DNA from: an uncultured Chloroflexia bacterium
GTDB taxonomy: Bacteria > Chloroflexota > Ktedonobacteria > Ktedonobacterales > JADMIN01
Direction: 5' to 3'
Assembly: GCA_963718915.1 (NCBI GenBank)
Contig: CAVRAI010000013.1
Coordinates: 472,861 to 504,860 of the forward strand
Length of the DNA: 32,000 nt
This document shows, one piece after another, positions 25,599 through 32,000 of the stretch (position 1 is its first letter; each line of letters begins with the position of its first letter). The notes under the pieces are model-generated. The model made no database searches. It saw only the letters and a list, made by a program, of their open reading frames with translations, and was not told the DNA's origin. The translations under genes and the position numbers were made by a program.

Positions 25599-26258
25599 TT
25601 AGCGGGTTACAGGTTGATCCAAGAGAGAGTGGATGAGCGACGAGGCTAGCCAGTGCTCGTAGTCCTCGGATGGCCAGTGTTGTTCAACCACCAGCATTCG
25701 ATACAGGTCATGTGAACACAGCGCCCACAGAAGATCTGCGGCCCGTTCGACAGTTACATTGGGATCCAGCGCCTGTTTCCCATCGAGTGACTCTGCGACC
25801 ATACGCGCATCCGTCAGCCGCCCGCTAGCGAGTTGATGGAGCATGGAGGCGATCTCTGGGTCGGCCGTGGCCGCCCCTCTCACAATCTCGGCGACATCCG
25901 CCGACCGCTCATGGATGTGCCGGACATTGGTGGCGTGCAGCATAAGCTGCTCTCGGGGATCAGGCTCCGAGAGCATCGCCTGCCACCACGGTCGTTGAGT
26001 CAATGGCGGGGACTCAGCATCGCCCCGCACCATCTGGTTAATGAGATCATTGAGCAGGCGCGCCTTCGTCCCGAACACGGCGGTGACTGTCGGCGGAGAT
26101 ACCCCTGCCTCGCGCGCTATGGCCGGCAACGTGGTAGCGGCGTAGCCTTGAGCAGCGAAAAGGCGGCGAGCGGCATCCAGGAGCTTGCGCCTTGTGAGAT
26201 CTGCCTGCTGCTGACGTCGCGGCGAGTGATAGCGTCTTTTCTGCTGGGTTTCATCCAT
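25599..26258 (-). CDS. TetR/AcrR family transcriptional regulator
   Basis: HTH region LLDAARRLFAAQGYAATTLPAIAREAGVSPPTVTAVFGTKARLL. It ends in a double stop, TAA TAA. Confidence 0.88.
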   Translation of the reverse strand: MDETQQKRRYHSPRRQQQADLTRRKLLDAARRLFAAQGYAATTLPAIAREAGVSPPTVTAVFGTKARLLNDLINQMVRGDAESPPLTQRPWWQAMLSEPDPREQLMLHATNVRHIHERSADVAEIVRGAATADPEIASMLHQLASGRLTDARMVAESLDGKQALDPNVTVERAADLLWALCSHDLYRMLVVEQHWPSEDYEHWLASSLIHSLLDQPVTR

Positions 26259-26396
26259 ATGATTTCACCACCATTGACTAATATTGAATATAATTGTATA
26301 GTAGCAAATATCTGGCCGAAGCGCAAGCGCACAAAGGTACGTCCGCCAGACGAGCGACGGCCTGAAGACAGGATTATTAGGAACGGGAGAAATGAG

Positions 26397-26816
26397 ATGG
26401 ACGTGTCAGCGGATCCCAGCTTGATCGGCGCTGTTGAGCGCATCCGACAGGCGACAAACCATCACGATTTGGACGCGCTTGCGGCATGCTTTGCCCCCGA
26501 TTATGAGAGCGAGTTTCCGGTGCATCCTGATCGAGCCTTCCATGGGCAAGAACAACTGCGGAGCAACTGGGTCCGGATTTTCCGGGCGGTTCCCAACATC
26601 CATGTGGAGTTGCTCCGCTACGCGGCGGAAGGCAACACTGTGTGGGCGGAGTGGGAATGGGTGGGGACGCTTGCTTCAGGTGGGCCATTCCTCCACCGCG
26701 GCGTGACCATTCACGGAGTCGAGCTGGGGAAGACGAGCTGGGCGAGACTCTATATGGAGCCGGTGCGAGCGGGCGACCCTGGGATTGAGGCGTTAGAGAG
26801 AAGCGTGGGCAGATGA
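26397..26816 (+). CDS. NTF2-like (SnoaL-type) domain protein
   Basis: DLDALAACFAPDYESEFPVHP..TVWAEWEWVGT..GGPFLHRGVTIHGVE fits SnoaL/NTF2-like folds. ATG 26397 follows GGGAGA. The upstream part of track ORF 25833-26816 is an antisense shadow of the TetR gene. Confidence 0.8.
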   Translation: MDVSADPSLIGAVERIRQATNHHDLDALAACFAPDYESEFPVHPDRAFHGQEQLRSNWVRIFRAVPNIHVELLRYAAEGNTVWAEWEWVGTLASGGPFLHRGVTIHGVELGKTSWARLYMEPVRAGDPGIEALERSVGR

Positions 26817-27736
26817 TTCTCATCGCTGGAGGGACTGGTCTGCTAGGAACGCAAGTTGTGCATCTGCTGACGACTCGTGGGCTTCAACTGCGAGTCCTGA
26901 CGCGAGACCCACAGAGAATTCATTACCTGAACGGCGGGAAAGTTGAAACCGTCACTGGCTCCGTTCAGGATGGCAGCGCGATTGAGCGGGCAGTGGCGGG
27001 AGTTCGCGTTGTCATCTCCGCAATTCAGGGATTCAGCGGAACCGGCGACTCCAGCCCTCGAACGGTGGATCTGCAAGGAAATAGTGCTTTGATCCAGGCT
27101 GCGCGACGGGGTGGCGTCGAGCACTTCATTCTGGTTTCGGTTCACGGCGCCGCCCCGGATCATCCAATAGAACTCTTCCGCATGAAGTACTTCGCAGAAC
27201 AAGCATTGAAGACGAGCGGGCTGTCCTGGACCATCATCCGTCCCACGGCATACATGGAGACCTGGGCCAAATTGATTGGGGAGCCGCTGTTGAAAACAGG
27301 GAGAACGCGGATCTTCGGGCGAGGCACGAACCCCGTTAATTTCGTCTCCGCATACGATGTTGCGCAGTTCGTTGCCTGTGCTGCCGAGGCGACCACCATA
27401 CACAGCGAGTGCGTCGAGATCGGCGGGCCTGAGAATCTCACTATGAGGCAGGTGGCCGAGACCATCATGCGCGTGACGGAGGTTCCCGGTACGGTCAGCT
27501 ATGTGCCGCTGCCGATGATGCGCCTGATGGCAGTGCTGATACGACCAGTCAACGCGACGCTGGCACGGCAAATCCAGGCTGGCATCGTCATGGATACCCA
27601 AGATATGTCGTTCGACCCATCTGAGATGGGCGCCGCTACCCATCAATGTCTTACACACGCCTGGCAGATGTGGTACGCAGAGACTATGGTAAAGGCGTCT
27701 CAGAAACGGTTTGATACATCGTCTTGGGCGAACTAA
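26813..27736 (+). CDS. NmrA-like / atypical SDR NAD(P)H-binding oxidoreductase
   Basis: N-terminal MILIAGGTGLLGTQVVHLL Rossmann motif. ATGA overlap with the NTF2-like gene. Confidence 0.88.
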   Translation: MILIAGGTGLLGTQVVHLLTTRGLQLRVLTRDPQRIHYLNGGKVETVTGSVQDGSAIERAVAGVRVVISAIQGFSGTGDSSPRTVDLQGNSALIQAARRGGVEHFILVSVHGAAPDHPIELFRMKYFAEQALKTSGLSWTIIRPTAYMETWAKLIGEPLLKTGRTRIFGRGTNPVNFVSAYDVAQFVACAAEATTIHSECVEIGGPENLTMRQVAETIMRVTEVPGTVSYVPLPMMRLMAVLIRPVNATLARQIQAGIVMDTQDMSFDPSEMGAATHQCLTHAWQMWYAETMVKASQKRFDTSSWAN

Positions 27737-27783
27737 TCGGCGAAGCATGAAACTTCAGGCGGATCATCATCACGTCGATGCGG

Positions 27784-27810
27784 GCTTCGTTCGCTTCGTT
27801 CGCTTCGTTC
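27784..27810. repeat. 9-bp tandem repeat GCTTCGTTC x3
   Basis: Read directly from the sequence, about 50 nt downstream of the NmrA-like stop. Confidence 0.9.
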
Positions 27811-28144
27811 TACGAATGCTGGGTGGCCGAGGGCGGCCGTGATGCGGCGTTACCGCTGGGAATAGCTTTATTCGGCGTCGGTGAGGTCCGCGGGATAGAA
27901 AGCTTAACCATTTCCTAAGTTTATCTCAACTCAGCGCACGCTTGATTCCGCCTTTATCAAACAGTGTATCAGAAGGCACGCCCTTGATAGGTCGACCTCC
28001 GCTACGACCCCTAACAAAGCAATGGGCGAGACTGCCAGCCAGGTACGTCTACGTGTCGCCGACAATCTCAATGCATCGCGTGCAACCGACCAGCGCCAAC
28101 CATACCCGTGCCTTATAGCGACCCTACTAGTGCCGCCCACACGG

Positions 28145-28450
28145 CTAGAGATTTGCCAGCATGGGCTGTTGAATTGTTTTGCCCGCGCGGCGCTTAAAGT
28201 AGAGTACGGTGGTTCCGCCGACCTCTTCGCCATTCACATTGTAGGTGGCGGTGGTACTTACCATCTCCCAGCCATCTGCGCCGAGTTGGCCCACCGCTTG
28301 CGCCCATGCTCTTGGATCAAACACCTCCGTGAAGGAGTGCGCGCCATAATACACCAATGTAGTAGTTTCTCGAAACCCGCCCCCCTTTGTGTGGCTGGTG
28401 CGATGTTCCAGGCTGCAATGCTCCCATCGAACGTCTCTAGTGTCCGCCAC
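28145..28450 (-). CDS. DUF4177-like small protein
   Basis: VRWEH..(state-like insert)..AVGQLGADGWEMVS..VLYFKRR has the W-E..GxxGWE[LM]V..FKR pattern of DUF4177. GTG 28450 has GAGGAGG 6 nt upstream. Confidence 0.55.
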   Translation of the reverse strand: MADTRDVRWEHCSLEHRTSHTKGGGFRETTTLVYYGAHSFTEVFDPRAWAQAVGQLGADGWEMVSTTATYNVNGEEVGGTTVLYFKRRAGKTIQQPMLANL

Positions 28451-28554
28451 AAATGTCCTCCTCATTCTCCTCATTCGCCACGGACCTAGCCACTGTGCCG
28501 CAGATCATTGTCACCTATAGGCTGGTCACACAGCGCCGTTGTGTGTACCTATGC

Positions 28555-28836
28555 CTAGCGCTGTTCAAAGAGGAAACGCTGCTGCCATACGTCATCACCG
28601 GTGTTCCGCGCATAGGCGGTTGCAGAATCTATATAGGCTTCGCTACAACCGAGTCGCCGCAATTCCTGCTTACAATCCCACTCGGCTCCTGATGGGCCGC
28701 CACCCTCACCACCACCGTAGAGAAGAATGTGGATATAGCGGCTCACTACTGCCCGTACCTCCCGCGTTGCCGTTGCGGGATCAAAAATCGCGTCATCCAT
28801 AGTCGGCATTCCCTTCTTGCATGGTGGCTTAGGCAA
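28555..28836 (-). CDS. hypothetical protein
   Basis: ORF with an internal ATG (MPTMDD) preceded by AAGAAGGGA. No family recognised. Confidence 0.4.
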   Translation of the reverse strand: MPKPPCKKGMPTMDDAIFDPATATREVRAVVSRYIHILLYGGGEGGGPSGAEWDCKQELRRLGCSEAYIDSATAYARNTGDDVWQQRFLFEQR

Positions 28837-29064
28837 TGAGCGCGCGTCTCATCCCGGCTTGCTGTCTTTCTCGGCGAAACGCTGCCCGAAAGTTACCTGG
28901 TGGAGTGACCATAGTGAATGTAATGCGCGGTAGAGAGGGTGATTCGTCCTTGGCGCGTAGTCCGGCTAGCCACGCATAGTCTGGACAACTGGGCGCAATC
29001 AGTTAATTGCCTCGGTTGCCGACCGAATCTCCTCCATCCACGTACTATGCACAAGCTGACAGAC

Positions 29065-29475
29065 CTACACCCAGTCATAACGCGCCTGACTATCCAGATG
29101 CGGCCACGCAGCCATCGCGTCGCGTGTGGAGGCGCCGAAGAGCGCGCGTGCCGACTGCTCGCGAATCACAGCCCAGGCCGCTTCAGTCGCCGGGGCATTG
29201 CGCTCCGCGAACTCATCGAGCACCGATTGCCAAACGGGCCAAGCTACACGCAGGCAAGCAGACACAACAGAGGAGAGGTGGGGTCTTGCAACGCGCACTG
29301 TAGTGACCGGCGCCTTATTTAGGAGGCGTTCACTTCCGATGATGTACGCCTGCGGTGAAGGAGGCGCTGCCGACGGGCTAAGGTTGGTTGTACCCACCCA
29401 TCCCAAGCCCATTGTGAACTTCAGCAAAAGCAATCCATTGCACCTCGGAGTATAGCATGTTTTCAGCCCGGCCAC
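29065..29475 (-). CDS. hypothetical protein, possibly truncated or decayed
   Basis: The C-terminal half (VAWPVWQSVLDEFAERNAPATEAAWAVIREQS..) has coding-like GC3. The start is unclear. Protein-like open sequence continues past the TAG stop. Confidence 0.4.
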   Translation of the reverse strand: MAGLKTCYTPRCNGLLLLKFTMGLGWVGTTNLSPSAAPPSPQAYIIGSERLLNKAPVTTVRVARPHLSSVVSACLRVAWPVWQSVLDEFAERNAPATEAAWAVIREQSARALFGASTRDAMAAWPHLDSQARYDWV

Positions 29476-29492
29476 GCGCTTCGCCTCTTGCT

Positions 29493-29786
29493 TTACACGT
29501 TCCTGACGGCGCGCAGCAGCCGAATCGTCGCTGAATCAACCCGCCAGCGAAAGATGTTGTTCCGGGTTCGCACGCGCGAGCGGCTGAACAAGGTGGCGAA
29601 ATCCGTCGGTTCATCCGCATGCCAACCGTCCCGCGCGGCATCGCGCAGATATGTCTCAATGATCGGTTGTGCCCTTATCGCCACCGCGCCGACATAATCG
29701 GGAGTGTGCCAGTGACGAGTGGAGATGGCCAGTGGGATCACCAGATCGCGGCTCTCCCAATCCATCAAGCCTCGTGACATGGGCAT
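29493..29786 (-). CDS. hypothetical protein
   Basis: 97-aa ORF with GGGGAGGG upstream. The likely start is the second ATG (29780). Confidence 0.5.
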   Translation of the reverse strand: MPMSRGLMDWESRDLVIPLAISTRHWHTPDYVGAVAIRAQPIIETYLRDAARDGWHADEPTDFATLFSRSRVRTRNNIFRWRVDSATIRLLRAVRNV

Positions 29787-29899
29787 CCCTCCCCTGTCAG
29801 CGTATGGTTGTCTGTTTGCTCGGCGCTAGCAGCGCTTAATAGTGCCATTATGAGGCGTCCCCTCGCCTGGCCGATTCACTGTCTGGCTCGCTATCTGCC

Positions 29900-30253
29900 T
29901 CACAAGTATTTCTCGATCAACAGCAGCAGTTCATCTTCCGAATGAATCGACGCCGCCAGCGTTTCGCGGCCGTCGGGGTCGGTAACGATCACAGTTCCAA
30001 AGTCGTCGCTTTGGTCTTTGCCTCGGTAGAGACGACCACGTTCCTTGCCGAGTTCGAAGGTCGCCACCGGGATTTGTTGCCGCTGATCCCAGCCTAGGGT
30101 GAGTTGCAAGGCATCACGCATCTCTAGTGATAGGGCAGTCTGTATCCACGCCTGGAAGTTGTCTGCTGAGCGTCTGTCTTCGGCTTCCTGACGCTCCCGC
30201 GCGCGCTGGCGCACCGCCTCGGCCATCTGCTTCAGCCTCTCGACATCAGCCAT
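29900..30253 (-). CDS. hypothetical protein (charged coiled-coil-like N-terminus)
   Basis: 117 aa with AGGAGG 7 nt upstream of the ATG. Confidence 0.6.
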   Translation of the reverse strand: MADVERLKQMAEAVRQRARERQEAEDRRSADNFQAWIQTALSLEMRDALQLTLGWDQRQQIPVATFELGKERGRLYRGKDQSDDFGTVIVTDPDGRETLAASIHSEDELLLLIEKYL

Positions 30254-30426
30254 TGCCTCACCTCCTGTCTGTGATCCTGTGTGTTGGCTGCCATAGTTGA
30301 GACGCCAGCCGATGCGGCGCTTGCTGTATCCTCGCTATACATAGAAGATCTCCTCATATGCACGAGAGAGATGTGTTGCCCAAAGTTTAGCCGCAGCAGT
30401 CACAACTCCTGGCCTGGGTACGACAA

Positions 30427-30918
30427 TCAGAGTTGCCCTGTCAGCGCCAGTTCAGCAGGACGCAAGAGCACGATGGGGATCTCGCGGGCAGTGTTCCGCT
30501 GGTAACGGCCGTATTGCTTGTCCTCGGTCGCTAGCCGCACTCGGAGCTGCGCACGCTCGGAGAACGTAGCTGTCGAAGCCACCATTTCCCGGACACGCTC
30601 CTCGATCTGTACGCCCACCAGTGGGCGTGCGTGCATATTGCGATACCAAGTGGGATGCTGGTCACTCCCGTAGTTCGACGCTATGACCACGAGATCTGGA
30701 CCATCCTCGAAATAGCCTATAGCGACCGTCTGGGGTTCGCCTGTGTCATCTCCAATGGTAGTGAGCAAGAGAATGCGAGGAGAGTCCATACGGGCGCGAA
30801 TCCGGCGCTGCATCCAACGATAGACCGCCGCAGGGAAATAGCTAAGCGAGCGGGCAATGCCAGAGTCCGAATCCATGGAGGAGATATCCATGCGTGTTCC
30901 TTCGTAAGAGGGTCCCAC
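30427..30918 (-). CDS. nitroreductase-family deazaflavin (F420)-dependent oxidoreductase (DDN-like)
   Basis: LLLTTIGDDTGEPQTVAIGYFEDGPDLVVIASNYGSDQHPTWYRNMHARP..V and C-terminal REIPIVLLRP match the PF04075-type pattern. Confidence 0.8.
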   Translation of the reverse strand: MGPSYEGTRMDISSMDSDSGIARSLSYFPAAVYRWMQRRIRARMDSPRILLLTTIGDDTGEPQTVAIGYFEDGPDLVVIASNYGSDQHPTWYRNMHARPLVGVQIEERVREMVASTATFSERAQLRVRLATEDKQYGRYQRNTAREIPIVLLRPAELALTGQL

Positions 30919-30948
30919 TCACGAGCACAAGCAGAGGCCACTCCTTCT

Positions 30949-31337
30949 TCAATGTACCACAAACTGTGCAGTTCCACCTGGTGCAAGCAAAAGATGATCA
31001 AAAAGAGGTATGCTCATTAGTGTATGGAATGCATACGAAAATATCCATAAAGCGATGAAGTGAGCACCAGATGCCAGTTCCATCTGACGCCCATGTGGCT
31101 GCTGAACGGCGGCTGTGGCGATGCGATGGTACACCAGCACTATGGTGACGATACAAACAGTCCCCTGTTCCTGATATCCTCTCCCACCTGCGCTCGTGTC
31201 CCGCCCTGCCAAAGTATGTAAAGAGGTGGCACGATGACGGCGCAGGTCTTTTTCATGGGCGGCGGTGACACGTCGATGAGGTCGGCGCCGCGCTCAAAGC
31301 TGCTGGCTACAGCCACCATAAGCATAGCTGACTCCAT
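30949..31337 (-). pseudogene. possible alpha/beta-hydrolase C-terminal remnant split over two frames (tentative)
   Basis: VPPLYILWQGGTRAQVGED (a P.L.i.G..D-like strand) is in one frame and MELASGAHFIAL..F (an aGH..E.P-like box) in the next. No N-terminal nucleophile region is present. Confidence 0.25.
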
Positions 31338-31490
31338 GAAGGGCTCTGCATGTACGTCTCATGGCAACCTCTCTACGCCCCATAAGCTCTAGTCATCACA
31401 ACCGAGCAGTCAGCTGCATCGGAGATGCTGATTGAGTACCTCATGGCTTTACTTGAGAAATGTTGAAACAGTCAGGCAAATGAGAGAACA

Positions 31491-31853
31491 GTGACCAGAG
31501 CGGCTGCTATGAAAAAGGCGACGAGACAGAAGGACAAGACAATGACAGCCGGACAGGATCAACACGCCGAGGTGGTATGGCTCGGAAGCACGCATGCTAT
31601 GCATGCCTGCGCCATGATGCACACCAAAGGAATGGTGGATGGGCACATCGCGGCATCGGCTCACGCGCCTGAATTTCTGAGCACCCGTGCCCTGCTACAG
31701 GAAGCATGGGAGGTCTCGTGCACGCAGCAGGAGTTGCTTCATCCTGCTCAGCAGGACGAGTATTTCGTGGGTTGGGTGCAGGGCTACGGTCAACGTATGG
31801 ACGAGGCCACCGACGAGACTGCGGACCCGCTGGACACGCGCGTGGGCAGTTGA
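31491..31853 (+). CDS. hypothetical protein
   Basis: 120-aa ORF rich in His/Met/Ala. No recognised motif, and the start is uncertain. Confidence 0.35.
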   Translation: MTRAAAMKKATRQKDKTMTAGQDQHAEVVWLGSTHAMHACAMMHTKGMVDGHIAASAHAPEFLSTRALLQEAWEVSCTQQELLHPAQQDEYFVGWVQGYGQRMDEATDETADPLDTRVGS

Positions 31854-32000
31854 TGGTGGAGCATCGGCTGTGCCGTGGTTCGATGCATAAGGAGCGAGCA
31901 AGGTTGCCAGGGCCGTTCCAGCCATGACGCGGATCATGAACGAACTGCGCATCGATCCTGAAGCCAATGAGATTCCGGTGCTGGCTGGCATCACAAATTG

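Noticed and set aside
25833-26396. 5' two thirds of the 327-aa plus-strand ORF 25833-26816
   Set aside because: Only the part from ATG 26397 (the NTF2-like domain, with an RBS) looks genuine. The upstream part is antisense to the TetR gene.
26843-27748. 301-aa minus-strand ORF
   Set aside because: It lies antisense to the NmrA-like gene, which carries the Rossmann motif. Its composition is Arg/His-rich noise.
5746-32000. Direct repeat of the tRNA-Sec 3' end (attR) that would delimit an island
   Set aside because: I found only short chance matches by eye: CGACTCCC at about 8350 and GTTCGACCCAT at about 27611, both inside coding regions. A manual scan is not exhaustive, so a computational repeat search is needed.
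31924-32000. Partial plus-strand ORF at the window edge (MTRIMNELRIDPEANEIPVLAGI..), possibly transposase-like
   Set aside because: Only 25 codons are visible, the resemblance to ISAs1-type NEI motifs is vague, and there is no convincing RBS.

Overview
This is a GC-rich (about 60% GC) bacterial chromosomal window. It uses GGAGG-type ribosome-binding sites and has a terrabacterial gene flavour (LCP protein, deazaflavin/F420-type DDN reductase, DUF6510 cluster). The exact lineage cannot be determined from the sequence alone. Left to right the window holds: a zinc-ribbon gene at the edge; an LCP plus ABC-2 exporter envelope module (1.1-4.9 kb); a selenocysteine tRNA (selC, 5648-5742) that the ORF track cannot show; directly after it, the wreck of a tyrosine integrase carrying an intact IS5-family element (6215-7226); a molybdoenzyme / FNR-like reductase / DUF6510 operon; an FAD oxidoreductase; two TPR proteins; three TetR regulators, two of them with readable operator palindromes in their upstream regions; a YihY + AI-2E membrane operon; GlsB-family, iron-permease-family, methyltransferase and NTF2-like/NmrA genes; a DDN-type reductase; and two same-strand islands of small orphan genes (16.6-18.4 kb and 28.1-30.3 kb). 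The most unusual global property is the density of decayed genes: integrase, GyrI-like, rhodanese, ICMT-type methyltransferase, Nramp, HicB-like and possibly others. There is no rRNA and no CRISPR array. Many long ORFs in the track are antisense shadows typical of high-GC DNA. I did not find a coherent, clearly novel multi-gene system. The best candidates for something undescribed are the orphan small-gene islands and the 10-bp tandem repeat arrays, flagged below with modest scores.
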